A stretch of DNA of 64,000 nt from an uncultured bacterium (GTDB lineage Bacteria > Patescibacteriota > Minisyncoccia > Phycocordibacterales > GWA1-40-21), in NCBI GenBank assembly GCA_963840885.1, contig CAWJAN010000001.1:181356-245355 (forward strand), read 5' to 3'. The notes under the pieces are model-generated. The model did no database searches. It was not told the origin of the DNA and saw only the letters and a program-made list of their open reading frames with translations. Positions 18,802-28,964 of this stretch are shown piece after piece (the first letter of the stretch is position 1; every line of letters begins with the position of its first letter). Both the position numbers and the translations under genes were made by a program.

Positions 18802-20562
18802 ATGAAAAAAGAAATAAAACAAATCCTTAATAAGAGATGGGATATTGAATTTTTCGGAGAATTATCAAAAACGATATCCGCATTCAGCCTGACCGAAAAA
18901 ATAATATTTTATGCTCTGATCGGATTATTCGTAATATCAGGAATCTTCCTCTTAAATGATGTGAGCAAATCATATACCTTGAATGTGCCTGTTAACGGAG
19001 GGCAGCTGAAGGAAGGAATAGTCGGTTCGCCGAGATTCATAAACCCTGTCCTTGCTGTTTCAGATGTTGATCATGATCTTACTCAGCTCGTATATTCCGG
19101 CCTTGTAAAAATAACTCCGGAAAATGATATTGTTCCGGATTTGGCCAAAGATTACCAGATATCATCTGACGGCCTCACATACACATTCGACCTGAAAGAC
19201 GATCTTTATTTCCAGGACGGAACAAAGCTCACGACTGATGATGTGGTATTCACAATAAATGAAATCCAGGACGGAACCATAAAAAGCCCGCTAAGGCCTG
19301 AGTTTTACGATGTGCAGGTTCAAAAGATAGACGACAAAAAAATACAATTTATCCTTAAAAAGCCTTATGCTCCTTTTCTGGAAAATCTTACTGTGGGCAT
19401 CTTGCCTAAGCATATATGGGGCAATCTTTCATCGGAGGAATTTCCTCTGAGCCAGTACAATCTTGAACCTGTGGGATCCGGGCCTTATGAAATAAGCAAA
19501 ATGTACACGACGCAAAAAGATATGCTTCTTATACCTACTTATTACGAACTTGAGCCTTTCGACAAGTATGCTTCCGGCAAGCCTTATATAGACAGCTTGG
19601 TAATAAATTTCTATAAGGACGAAAAATCTCTTATAACGGCATATGATAATGGCGACATAGAAGCGATAAATTCGATTTCTCCGGACGGAATGGGTTCAGT
19701 TAAGGAACAAAGCGGAGCGGTAATAAAAACGGCTCCCCTTCCTAAAGAATTCATGGTCTTTTTCAATCAGAACCAGTCTGAGGCGCTTTCTTATCCTGAA
19801 GTCAGGCAGGCGCTAAGCGAATCTGTCGACAGAAATCAGCTGGTAGATCAAGTGCTAGACGGCTATGGCATACCTCTATACGGCCCGATACCCGTAGGAT
19901 TTCTTGGAAATGAACAAGCGACCAATACGAATAGCTATAATCTCGCCGATGCACAAGCGCTTCTTGCAAAAAACGGATGGACGATGTCTACGACAACGGG
20001 CGATTTGGTAAAAAAAGTCAGCAAGACAAAAACAGTGGAGCTTTCAATGACTCTGGCGACCCTGAACAGCCCTAACCTTGAAGAAGCCGCGAATCTGGTA
20101 AAGGCGAACTGGGAAAAGCTTGGCGCCAAAGTCGACGTCCAGGAATTCGATTTCGGAAGCCTTCAGCAAAACGTAATAAGGCCGAGAAAATTCGATGCTC
20201 TTCTTTACGGGCTTGTCGTCGGAAGAGATATGGATTTCTTCGCATTCTGGCATTCATCGCAAAGAAATGACCCGGGCCTCAATATATCAATGTATGCGAA
20301 CAGCAAAGTAGACAAGCTTCTTGAAGATGCCCGGGCTACGCTTGATCAGACAGAACGCACAAATGACTATATGTCTTTCCAGAACGACATAGAAAATGAC
20401 AATCCTGCCGTTTTCCTTTATTCTCCGGAATTCACGTATATAGTTCCTGGCAATATACAGAATATGGATATCAATACAATAACCATGCCTTCTGAAAGAT
20501 TCTTGAATGTTAACGAATGGTATATAGAAACCAATAACCTTTGGAAGATATTCGCCAAATAA
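18802..20562 (+). CDS. ABC transporter substrate-binding protein, family 5 (peptide/nickel-binding type), membrane-anchored
   Basis: N-terminal TM anchor, then an SBP_bac_5-type domain (GIVGSPRFINPVLAVSDVDHDLTQLVYSGLV..., DGTKLTTDDVVFTI). No permease or ATPase gene is adjacent. Confidence 0.78.
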   Translation: MKKEIKQILNKRWDIEFFGELSKTISAFSLTEKIIFYALIGLFVISGIFLLNDVSKSYTLNVPVNGGQLKEGIVGSPRFINPVLAVSDVDHDLTQLVYSGLVKITPENDIVPDLAKDYQISSDGLTYTFDLKDDLYFQDGTKLTTDDVVFTINEIQDGTIKSPLRPEFYDVQVQKIDDKKIQFILKKPYAPFLENLTVGILPKHIWGNLSSEEFPLSQYNLEPVGSGPYEISKMYTTQKDMLLIPTYYELEPFDKYASGKPYIDSLVINFYKDEKSLITAYDNGDIEAINSISPDGMGSVKEQSGAVIKTAPLPKEFMVFFNQNQSEALSYPEVRQALSESVDRNQLVDQVLDGYGIPLYGPIPVGFLGNEQATNTNSYNLADAQALLAKNGWTMSTTTGDLVKKVSKTKTVELSMTLATLNSPNLEEAANLVKANWEKLGAKVDVQEFDFGSLQQNVIRPRKFDALLYGLVVGRDMDFFAFWHSSQRNDPGLNISMYANSKVDKLLEDARATLDQTERTNDYMSFQNDIENDNPAVFLYSPEFTYIVPGNIQNMDINTITMPSERFLNVNEWYIETNNLWKIFAK

Positions 20563-20641
20563 AATAATCCTTCAGGATTGTTTTACCAGGCAAAAAATTT
20601 ATAAGTTTAATTTTATCAAAGCCGCCGATAGCGGAAAAAAT

Positions 20642-22651
20642 ATGTTAAGAAACCAATTTAATCAGCACGATAACAGAAGAAGAATGGGCCATAGGCCGCA
20701 CAAGACAGCCGGGCCGGCAAGGCCGGGCGATAATCTTCCGCCAAGAAGATCTTTTTCTCCGCTTGCGGAAGATCAGGCGGCTATTTTCGACAAAAATCTG
20801 TCCGGAATCCTAAGCGATAACAATGCCGGCGGTCATGAGCACCGGGACGGAAGAATGCCTTTTCAAAAAAGAAGGCCTTTCAACAGAAACCCTAGGAGAG
20901 GTGAAAAGCCCAAAGTAGGCCTTATAAGAAAGGTCACTTCGGAAACTGCCAAGAAAAATGAAGAGATAGTTCCTCCTATAGAAAAAGGCATAGTAAGAAT
21001 AATACCTCTTGGAGGAGTTGAGGAGGTTGGAAAAAATATGACTGCCGTGGAATACGGCGACGACATAATCGTTATCGATGCCGGAATGCAGTTCAAGACT
21101 GAAGAGACTCCCGGCATAGATTTCATGCTTCCTAACACTAAATACCTGGAACAGAGAAAGCATAAGATCAAAGCTCTGGTCATAACTCATGGACACCTAG
21201 ACCATATAGGAGCTATACCATTCATAATGGAGCCTCTTGGAAATCCTCCGATTTACACAAGAGAATTCGGCGCGCTTATAATCAAAAAAAGGCAGTCTGA
21301 ATTCCCTCACCTTCCGGAATTAAATATGAAAATAGTTGAGCAGACTACAGATTTTCTTCCAATAACGGAAAATATAAAAATAAGATTTTTCGGAATCACA
21401 CATTCCATACCTGAGTCCACCGGAGTAATAATAAATACGCCTGTAGGAGACATAGTTACCACGGGCGATGTAAGGCTTGATAATGTGGACGGCGTGCCCA
21501 CGGAAGAAGAAATCGAACAGTATGAGCTCTTTCAGAAAAGAGAAGCTTTGCTTCTGCTTGTCGATTCTACGGGAATCGAAAGACCGGGATGGGGCATCTC
21601 CGAAGAAGTGGTTGTAAAGACGATAAGTGATATTGTAAGCAATGCACCGGCAAGGATAATAATCGCGACATTCGCTTCGCAAGTCGAAAGAATAATAAAA
21701 TTCATAGAAATAGCCAAAAATTTCAACAGAAAGGTTGTTATTGAAGGAAGAAGCATGAAAAACAATGTGGAAGTCATAAAATTCCTTAAGCTTGCGGATA
21801 CGAGCCATATAATCCCGATAGAAGAAATGGAAAATCATCCGCCTCATAAGCTCATGATACTTTCTACCGGAGCGCAGGGAGAAGAATTCGCTGCACTCAT
21901 GAGAATGGCCAATGATTCGCACAAATACATAAAGCTTAACAAAACGGATACGATAGTCCTTTCATCATCGGTAATTCCCGGCAATGAAAGAGCTATAGCG
22001 ACGCTCAAAGACAATCTTTACAGGCATGATTCAAGGATAATCACGTATGCCGAAAGCGATGTGCATGCTGGAGGACACGGAAAGCGCGGAGAGCTTGAGT
22101 GGATTCACAGGCATATTCCCCACAGATTCCTAATGCCGGTACATGGACACCACTTCATGCTTAAGATGCATGCGGAGCTTGCCGTTTCTGTCGGCATGCC
22201 GAGAGAAAATGTCGTTGTTCCGGATAATGGAAGCATAATAGAGATATACGACAACGGATCAAAAATCAGGATAAGGAAAGAGAAAGCGCCTTCAGGAATA
22301 GTCATGGTCGACGGTTTTTCCGTCGGAGACGTCCAAGAAGTAGTCATAAGGGACAGGCAGATGCTCGCTAAGGACGGAATGTTCGTAATCATTGCAAGCA
22401 TAGATGTAAGCACAGGAAGACTTAGAAAATCACCGGATATAATATCCAGAGGATTCATCTATCTGAAAGAATCTCAGGATCTACTTAAGAATGCGAGGCT
22501 TATAATAAAGAAGACTGTGGAGGAAGGGGCGCACGGAAATCCTATAAATTTCGAAATGATAAAGGATGAGATAACCGACAATATAAGCAGATATCTCTTC
22601 CAGCAGACAGCAAAGAGGCCGATGGTAATACCTGTGGTAATAGGAGTATAG
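20642..22651 (+). CDS. rnj: Ribonuclease J with Arg-rich N-terminal extension
   Basis: Metallo-beta-lactamase motif ITHGHLDHIGAIPF, a beta-CASP domain and an RNase J C-terminal domain. A roughly 110-aa basic low-complexity N-terminal extension precedes the catalytic core. Confidence 0.88.
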   Translation: MLRNQFNQHDNRRRMGHRPHKTAGPARPGDNLPPRRSFSPLAEDQAAIFDKNLSGILSDNNAGGHEHRDGRMPFQKRRPFNRNPRRGEKPKVGLIRKVTSETAKKNEEIVPPIEKGIVRIIPLGGVEEVGKNMTAVEYGDDIIVIDAGMQFKTEETPGIDFMLPNTKYLEQRKHKIKALVITHGHLDHIGAIPFIMEPLGNPPIYTREFGALIIKKRQSEFPHLPELNMKIVEQTTDFLPITENIKIRFFGITHSIPESTGVIINTPVGDIVTTGDVRLDNVDGVPTEEEIEQYELFQKREALLLLVDSTGIERPGWGISEEVVVKTISDIVSNAPARIIIATFASQVERIIKFIEIAKNFNRKVVIEGRSMKNNVEVIKFLKLADTSHIIPIEEMENHPPHKLMILSTGAQGEEFAALMRMANDSHKYIKLNKTDTIVLSSSVIPGNERAIATLKDNLYRHDSRIITYAESDVHAGGHGKRGELEWIHRHIPHRFLMPVHGHHFMLKMHAELAVSVGMPRENVVVPDNGSIIEIYDNGSKIRIRKEKAPSGIVMVDGFSVGDVQEVVIRDRQMLAKDGMFVIIASIDVSTGRLRKSPDIISRGFIYLKESQDLLKNARLIIKKTVEEGAHGNPINFEMIKDEITDNISRYLFQQTAKRPMVIPVVIGV

Positions 22652-22671
22652 CCAATAATATAAAATCTCAA

Positions 22672-22702
22672 AAAGCGGCGCCCGAAGGCGCCGCTTTTTT
22701 AT
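22672..22702. terminator. Bidirectional rho-independent terminator
   Basis: aaaagcggcgcc-cgaa-ggcgccgctttttt. It lies between convergent rnj (+) and the MFS transporter gene (-). Confidence 0.75.
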
Positions 22703-22710
22703 AATAAAAA

Positions 22711-23886
22711 TCAAAGAGTGTCTTTTATGGACAAGCTATACCTTATTCCGAAAAGCATTATGAATGCGAGCGCAAAGAAAAGATACTGAAAATTGAAATA
22801 TGCTAGAAACAAGGTCGCAACAAGCGGAGCTATTATGTATGTAAGCGGTATCATCGATCTGTACAAACTTATTATATTCGCATCCTTATCCCCTATTTTT
22901 TTGAAAAAATAAGTATCAGTCATAACCTCAACCATGGAAGATCCTACTCTGGTTATGAATAAAACTATGGCCCAAACCCAAAAATTTTTATTGCTTATGA
23001 ACGGTATGAAAGCAGTAGAAAAAGCTATTATTATAAAACCGGCAGTAAGTATCTCCTTTTCGCCAAGCACCTTGTCGGCAATCCATCCGAGCGGAGGCTC
23101 TAGTATGACGAAAGGCAGAAGCATTACAGTGAATATTTTACCTATCGTAAGCCAATCGAAACCCATATTTATATTCATATATATGGGCATATATATCGTC
23201 ATCCAGGCGTAAAAAAACTGCAAAAGAAAAAAAGATGCCGTTATAAACTGGACGTCTTTCATTCCCAAGATCTCTTTAGCTGTATTTAATATATCAAACT
23301 CCTTGTATTCCGGATCTTTGAAATCTTTCATTTCCCAGAACAATATGAAAATTATCGGTATCATAAAAAGCGCTGCGACTAAAAATGCATTGTGATAGCC
23401 GGATTGCCCTACTATAAGACCGGAAAGAAATGGGCATATGAGCCAGGCAAAATTTTCTATGGAAAGGTAAACTCCTCTTATGTCTCCGGTATTTATGTTT
23501 GCAGAGTCATGTTCAACGAATATATCCAAAGAAAGGCTTATTATGCCGGAAGCGGCAGAACTTATTATATAGAAAAGTATTATGGGCCATATGCTTTTTA
23601 AAATACCCATAGCCAAAAGAGACAAAAGGGTGAGGCAGGAAGCAAAGATGGCTGTCTTGTAGTTTCCATATCTCTTAAGAATCTTTGGCATCAATAGAAA
23701 CGTTACCAGCGAAACAACGGAAGCGCCGGCAAAAACATAACCAACCGTTTTTTCTCCGATGATAGCGCTAAAAAAGCTCGAAGTTATATATGATGGTATG
23801 GCAAAACGAAAAGAAATTATAAATCCCAGGACGTACAATGACAGCAAAGAAGATTTTCTTAAGATTGGCTTGATGTCCGGAATCAT
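22711..23886 (-). CDS. MFS-type transporter
   Basis: 391 aa with about 12 predicted TM helices in two 6-helix halves. No substrate assignment is possible. Confidence 0.65.
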   Translation of the reverse strand: MIPDIKPILRKSSLLSLYVLGFIISFRFAIPSYITSSFFSAIIGEKTVGYVFAGASVVSLVTFLLMPKILKRYGNYKTAIFASCLTLLSLLAMGILKSIWPIILFYIISSAASGIISLSLDIFVEHDSANINTGDIRGVYLSIENFAWLICPFLSGLIVGQSGYHNAFLVAALFMIPIIFILFWEMKDFKDPEYKEFDILNTAKEILGMKDVQFITASFFLLQFFYAWMTIYMPIYMNINMGFDWLTIGKIFTVMLLPFVILEPPLGWIADKVLGEKEILTAGFIIIAFSTAFIPFISNKNFWVWAIVLFITRVGSSMVEVMTDTYFFKKIGDKDANIISLYRSMIPLTYIIAPLVATLFLAYFNFQYLFFALAFIMLFGIRYSLSIKDTL

Positions 23887-23910
23887 GTGTATATAATAGC
23901 GGAAAAAAAA

Positions 23911-24369
23911 TTATTTTAATTTAACCGGCACGAAAAAAGATTTTGAGAAAGAAGGATCACCTGATGGATTGTCGTTTGAAAATACCAGGAGCCCGCTGCC
24001 GGTGCTTGTGGAATTGTCATATGTTATTTCGGCAGTGAAGTTCACGAAACTTGTCGTAGCCCAGTCGCTCTCAGCAGTGGCAATCCCCGATCCTATGATA
24101 TTTTCATTTTCATCATACAGCTTTACTGGAAAACTTGCCTCAAAAAACCAATTGCCTTTCGCTTTACCGGATATTTTTATCGGGCTTGAGACCGTATCGT
24201 TCGGCTTAGGATAAAATACGGATATCTCCGAACTTGTGGATTCTGTCTGCTGATAACTATTTAATGGGGTTAAATTACTATTTCTTCCCCAATCAAAGAC
24301 AAGCGCCGCTATAAAAAATAATATAGCCAGGATAACTATGTAAAAAATTATTTTCCACTTGATATTCAT
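23911..24369 (-). CDS. Secreted Gmad2-like immunoglobulin-fold protein (N-terminal TM anchor)
   Basis: Signal anchor followed by a beta-rich domain (GNWFFEASFPVKLYDENENIIGSGIATAESDWATTSFVNFTAEITYD) resembling Gmad2/GerMN-associated Ig-like domains. Low confidence. Confidence 0.4.
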   Translation of the reverse strand: MNIKWKIIFYIVILAILFFIAALVFDWGRNSNLTPLNSYQQTESTSSEISVFYPKPNDTVSSPIKISGKAKGNWFFEASFPVKLYDENENIIGSGIATAESDWATTSFVNFTAEITYDNSTSTGSGLLVFSNDNPSGDPSFSKSFFVPVKLK

Positions 24370-24375
24370 TGGTTT

Positions 24376-24756
24376 TTATTGCGGCAATTCGCAGCCTGTG
24401 GCATCGGAGAGCTGTTGGAGAGTCTGGCCTTCAACAAATCCCTCTATTCTCGTGCTTGTGCCTACAATCCATGTAGGAAAGCCTTGAATGCCCTTGTCTG
24501 TGCAAAGCTGTGTCTGTTCCGTGCATTCAACATAGTTTATATACTGAACTGAATCGCCCAAAGCCGCCTTATTTGCCTGGCAATGAGGGCACCAATAGGC
24601 TCCGTACATGACGGCCCCTTTTTGTGTAAGACACTGGGTAAAAGCATCATATTTTCCAGGTTCTGGAGCTTTCTTAGTTCCCATAAATGACAAGACCGTT
24701 ACAAGTATTATTACTATGACAGTTCCCCAAATTATTATTTTATTTTCTTTTTTCAT
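24376..24756 (-). CDS. Membrane-anchored thioredoxin-fold protein with CPHC active site
   Basis: TM anchor then GAVMYGAYWCPHCQANK...GFPTWIV. This is a CxxC thioredoxin-like redox motif and the cis-Pro loop region. Confidence 0.65.
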   Translation of the reverse strand: MKKENKIIIWGTVIVIILVTVLSFMGTKKAPEPGKYDAFTQCLTQKGAVMYGAYWCPHCQANKAALGDSVQYINYVECTEQTQLCTDKGIQGFPTWIVGTSTRIEGFVEGQTLQQLSDATGCELPQ

Positions 24757-24780
24757 GTTTGTCGTTAAATTAAAATTTAT

Positions 24781-25278
24781 TTATTCTTTGCAGCAATCGA
24801 CTAGCTTACCCATTATGTCATTCATCGTCCAGGGTTTTTCTTCTTCTGCCGTCTTTTTCAAGCCTTCTATATTTATAAGCTTGAGCCTTAGGGCAAAGAA
24901 CATATTGAACATCTTATAAGCTTCTCCGAAAACCTCTTTGGCTTCATCCTTTTTGCCGTCAGCCTGCAATTTTGTCCCCACTTCAAAAAGCCTCATGGAA
25001 GTGGCGAGCAGATGTTTTGATGCGCACCATGTCTCACCTTCAGTTTTCTCTATCATTTTTGCCAGAAGTTTAGCTCTGGTAGCGCGGACTTCCGTAAGAA
25101 AATCGAAATATTCCGGCTTGTTTGTCTTTGCTCCGGTAAAGAAAAAATGCTCTTCAAGGCTTATAAGATTCATTATGGCTATAGCCAGATCTTCCTCGGT
25201 GGAAAGGTCGAATTTTTTGCCTTTTTTAAGCTCATCGATCTTCTTGAGGACCTCTTCGTAATTCATCTCATTTTTCAT
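24781..25278 (-). CDS. Hypothetical protein
   Basis: 165-aa ORF with no recognisable motif. It lies between the Trx-like gene and the CcdA-like gene on the same strand. It ends in ...DCCKE. Confidence 0.35.
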   Translation of the reverse strand: MKNEMNYEEVLKKIDELKKGKKFDLSTEEDLAIAIMNLISLEEHFFFTGAKTNKPEYFDFLTEVRATRAKLLAKMIEKTEGETWCASKHLLATSMRLFEVGTKLQADGKKDEAKEVFGEAYKMFNMFFALRLKLINIEGLKKTAEEEKPWTMNDIMGKLVDCCKE

Positions 25279-25297
25279 AATATATTTCCTGAAAGGC

Positions 25298-26080
25298 CTA
25301 TTGTATCACAAAGATAAGCATACCCAAAAGAATCATCGCTAATGACAGCCATATCCTTGCTTCCTTAGTTTCAGCCCTTCTCACTTCGTCCATAGCTTCC
25401 AGAACTTTCTTGTTTGAAGCTATTATAAGGGCAATGAACAGGGGCAGAACAAATACTATGTTATAGAAAAATAGATAGCCAAGGCCTTTTATAAAGGTGG
25501 CATGATCGTGCAAAAGCCCGAGGACGAACAAATACGGGCCTCCGGTGCAGGGAAATTCGAATATTCCAACGATGAAACCTAGGAATAATGTCGTCGGTAT
25601 AGTCGCTTTTTCTACAAGCGCAGCTATTTTGTTGTATGCAAATTCTGGAATCTTCAGCTTTATGGGAAAATGCGGAATGATCTGGTCGAGAAAGCCTGTC
25701 AGACCGAATGCGATGATGGCGCCTGCGCCGATTTTCGTCAAAAGATCTGGGACTTGGAATAAGGACAGGGCTTTAAGGAAACCGAGGCCTATAAGCACGT
25801 ACGTTGCAAAAATACCGAATACGAATGAAAATCCGGCCCAAAAAATATTTTCTCTTGATCTGCCCAGGCTGAATAAGAATGCCATTGTAAGAAACAGGAC
25901 AGAGAAAGCGCATGGATTCGTGCTGTCTATAAGAGCTGATACGGCGATAAGCCCGGGAAGCCAACCCTTGTATTCTTTTATCGTGGGAATCTTAAAATGA
26001 AAAACTCCGGAATACAGCAATGCAAGAAAAATTACAGCAAGTATGAGTATTATTATGGCGGTTCTTTTCCTGTTATTCAT
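25298..26080 (-). CDS. ccdA: CcdA/DsbD-family thiol-disulfide transporter membrane protein
   Basis: Six-TM protein with the two conserved Cys-containing motifs ...NPCAF... and ...FPCTGGP... characteristic of CcdA/DsbD-beta. Confidence 0.7.
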   Translation of the reverse strand: MNNRKRTAIIILILAVIFLALLYSGVFHFKIPTIKEYKGWLPGLIAVSALIDSTNPCAFSVLFLTMAFLFSLGRSRENIFWAGFSFVFGIFATYVLIGLGFLKALSLFQVPDLLTKIGAGAIIAFGLTGFLDQIIPHFPIKLKIPEFAYNKIAALVEKATIPTTLFLGFIVGIFEFPCTGGPYLFVLGLLHDHATFIKGLGYLFFYNIVFVLPLFIALIIASNKKVLEAMDEVRRAETKEARIWLSLAMILLGMLIFVIQ

Positions 26081-26082
26081 GA

Positions 26083-27726
26083 TTATTTTTTAGCTTTCGG
26101 CAAATCTACGTAAAATGTCGTTCCCTTGCCCTCACCTTCAGAATCAAACCATACCTTGCCATTGTGTGATTTTATTACGCCTTTGACAAAGACCAGACCA
26201 TAACCTGAACTCTGGACATTTACTTCTATTGAATCGCGTCCGACTCCGCCTGCTTTAAACAGCCTAGGCCTGTCCTCTTCCTTTACGCCTACTCCCGTAT
26301 CTTTTATCGATACGAGCACTTCTCCGTATTTTTCGTAAAGATTTATATTTATGCTTCCTCTTGGCGTATAATTTATGGAATTATCTATCAGATTCCTAAA
26401 AGCCTCGCCAAGATATTTTTCGTCTCCCATTACATAATGATCGCCATCGTCTATATTCAATGTTATATTTAGGCCCTTTTTCTCAGCTGTCTGCTTGTTC
26501 TTTTCGAAAGTTTTTTTAAGAAGTTCTCCAAGGTCAATCTTTTTCATATCATAAATGAGAGTTCCGTTCTCTGCGCTTGCCCCCTGTAAAATCTGAGAAA
26601 CGAATTCTACGCCGGTATTTGTCTGTTCCAAACCTTCCTTAAGAAGAGGAGCCGCGGACTTCGGCATATCTCCGTAATCTTCCGTCAAAAGCTCTGCAAA
26701 AATATCCTTGTTCTTCCCGAGATAGCCTTTTATCTGGTGATTCATTATATGAATAAGGGTCTTTTGGCCAGCATTTGCTGTTTCAAGTTCCTCCAGCAAT
26801 GACGTCTCCTTTTTTATTCCTCGCACAAGAGTCAGGCCAAGAATACTGGATATTATAAGAGTTATGCCCGTAAGGACTTTTACTGTATCAGTCTGGCTTT
26901 CCAAATAAAAGAACTGGGAGCCGACCAAAATTATCAAAGCCCATACGAGCGCCTGGGCCCACAATAATTTAATATTAAACGCTTTGAATTTTACTATAGA
27001 GTAAGCCATGAAGCCTATGAATATGACCATGGCCAACAAACCGTATGATTCTACGACATAGCCGGATGATATGCCTTGATCTGTCAGATAACTAGAAATA
27101 AAGGCGGTTGTAAAGAAGCCTAGCAAAAAAAGAATGGCGCCGGAAGAGACAAGGATCACTTCTTTTTTTCTTTCTTTTTTGCTCTTTATGACCCCTTGCA
27201 CAATAAGGAATAACAACCAAATACAAATGAAGATTTCGGAATAATGAAGATAGGTTATGAAGAACCCTGTATTGGCCCAGCAATTTAGATAATCGAAATT
27301 CAATAGATTATAAGTCGTCGGCGTCATTATTATAATCGGTAAAAATATTATTCCAAGGATTATTTTGTATGGGAACGGCAAATCTCTCTGATTTATAAAT
27401 GCGTATGTAAAATAAAGGCCGCTTGCATAAATTAAAAACTCGAATATTCCCGTTGAAGCCCATGCGAACATGATGATTCTGCTGTCAAAACTGAGCCACG
27501 TAAATAGATCCAATACAGACCATATTGCAAAGCATATTGTCATCGATAAAAGAGCTTTGCTTACCAAAGATCTTTTATTTTTTATCAAGACTAAAATGCC
27601 TATCAATAAAGCGAGAATGACTGTCGGTATATGTGAATAATATAAAATACCGATGGAATTTCCATCTAAAACGCTGGATAATGAGGCTGAGCAGGTTGAT
27701 AGGTTGGTAATAAAATTATATCCCAT
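26083..27726 (-). CDS. Sensor histidine kinase with large N-terminal polytopic membrane domain
   Basis: Seven or more TM helices, a coiled coil, an H-box-like IHIMNHQIKGYL, and an HATPase_c G2 box (GYGLVFVKGVIKSHNGKVWFDSEGEGKGTTFYVDLP). No cognate response regulator is adjacent. Confidence 0.72.
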   Translation of the reverse strand: MGYNFITNLSTCSASLSSVLDGNSIGILYYSHIPTVILALLIGILVLIKNKRSLVSKALLSMTICFAIWSVLDLFTWLSFDSRIIMFAWASTGIFEFLIYASGLYFTYAFINQRDLPFPYKIILGIIFLPIIIMTPTTYNLLNFDYLNCWANTGFFITYLHYSEIFICIWLLFLIVQGVIKSKKERKKEVILVSSGAILFLLGFFTTAFISSYLTDQGISSGYVVESYGLLAMVIFIGFMAYSIVKFKAFNIKLLWAQALVWALIILVGSQFFYLESQTDTVKVLTGITLIISSILGLTLVRGIKKETSLLEELETANAGQKTLIHIMNHQIKGYLGKNKDIFAELLTEDYGDMPKSAAPLLKEGLEQTNTGVEFVSQILQGASAENGTLIYDMKKIDLGELLKKTFEKNKQTAEKKGLNITLNIDDGDHYVMGDEKYLGEAFRNLIDNSINYTPRGSININLYEKYGEVLVSIKDTGVGVKEEDRPRLFKAGGVGRDSIEVNVQSSGYGLVFVKGVIKSHNGKVWFDSEGEGKGTTFYVDLPKAKK

Positions 27727-27739
27727 TTGGCAAAAAAAA

Positions 27740-28558
27740 TTATTTGATCAATTCATCCATATACTTCGGATGGCTAGACCATATCTTATCATTTACTTCT
27801 TCGGATGGAACCCCTTCGACTATAAGAGGTTTGATGCCGAAATATTCTTCAATCTCCTTGAATGCCGGCTCTACTATGCGCTCAGTGAATCTGCCTTCCT
27901 TTCCATCTTTTATAAAATTCTCAAAAAGAATCCCATTTCTTATGAAAAGAGCAAGATACTTAGAATAATATTTATAGGCTTTTTTGCCCATAGCATTAAA
28001 AATGGGAGATGCGTCGAATAGTTCGATATCGGGAAATCTCGTTTTCAATATTCTATGGTGAAAATCCACCAGATTTTCTCCCCACAAGGTTGTTATATCG
28101 CTGAACTTCTTATTCTCTAGATTGCCGTTCTCCAAATCAACAACTTTTCTTGTCTTAAAAATTTTTTTGTTTGTTTTTTTATCAAATCTGTCGAAAATCC
28201 TCAATTTGACCAGATTAACCTTGCTGGGATTCGTTGAACAAAATAAATCGTCCAAATATTCATAACACAGAGGTTTAAGGCCGCATTTTATCGAAAAATC
28301 TATGAATCTGGTAAATTCAATGTCGGGAGACGCTATATTATGCACTATCAAAAGCTTTGGCTGATTTTTAATGACTTCTGGCATATCCATGTTTAAAAAT
28401 GCATTAACTTTCTTCTCCAAATCGCCGTCATTCCATCTTTTCCATATTTCTTTTTTAGCCTCTTCAAGAGGGGTGTAAAAATCGAATTTTTCCTGCATAA
28501 GGCTTAATTTTCTAATTCGCTGCTGCATTCTATTCCATCCGCATTGCCGATCTGGCAA
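27740..28558 (-). CDS. Hypothetical protein
   Basis: 272-aa ORF with no recognisable motif. It overlaps the upstream ORF by 55 nt, so the true start is probably the internal MQEKFDFY near 28498. Confidence 0.35.
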   Translation of the reverse strand: MPDRQCGWNRMQQRIRKLSLMQEKFDFYTPLEEAKKEIWKRWNDGDLEKKVNAFLNMDMPEVIKNQPKLLIVHNIASPDIEFTRFIDFSIKCGLKPLCYEYLDDLFCSTNPSKVNLVKLRIFDRFDKKTNKKIFKTRKVVDLENGNLENKKFSDITTLWGENLVDFHHRILKTRFPDIELFDASPIFNAMGKKAYKYYSKYLALFIRNGILFENFIKDGKEGRFTERIVEPAFKEIEEYFGIKPLIVEGVPSEEVNDKIWSSHPKYMDELIK

Positions 28559-28914
28559 AGTTCATATGAACAGTTATCTTCTCCGGTATTGCACATCAAT
28601 TCCGGGCAAGATATACCTCCGGACGCATCTTCATTGCATACGGCTGTAATATTATTGGCATTTTTATGTATCAATTTATAATAGCTTGTCTGTTCTGATG
28701 AATCTGAAGAACAAGAAGGGTCTACGGAAGGATCGCATTGATTAACAAAACAATTCTCAATTTTTGGATCACAAGATACCTGTGCGATAATCTGATAATC
28801 CTTCAGAACGAATAATTTTACGAAAGTGACCAGAAGAGAGATAAAAATAAGCGAGAAAAATATGATATAAAATATTTTGTCCGCTTTTCCGATTTTTTTT
28901 ATTTCTTGTTCCAT
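28504..28914 (-). CDS. Cysteine-rich small secreted/membrane-anchored protein
   Basis: N-terminal TM helix followed by a 14-Cys C-terminal region (CDPKIENCFVNQCDPSVDPSC...CPELMCNTGEDNCSYELCQ...). Confidence 0.4.
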   Translation of the reverse strand: MEQEIKKIGKADKIFYIIFFSLIFISLLVTFVKLFVLKDYQIIAQVSCDPKIENCFVNQCDPSVDPSCSSDSSEQTSYYKLIHKNANNITAVCNEDASGGISCPELMCNTGEDNCSYELCQIGNADGIECSSELEN

Positions 28915-28964
28915 GATGCTGATTGCCTCTGATAATTATACATTAAAAACTGGATGAAAAAAGT

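Noticed and set aside
21320-21922. 200-aa minus-strand ORF and other antisense ORFs within rnj (20810-21196, 20863-21183, 22105-22458)
   Set aside because: They are antisense to a well-supported RNase J gene and have Y/F/R-rich composition typical of reverse frames of AT-rich coding DNA.
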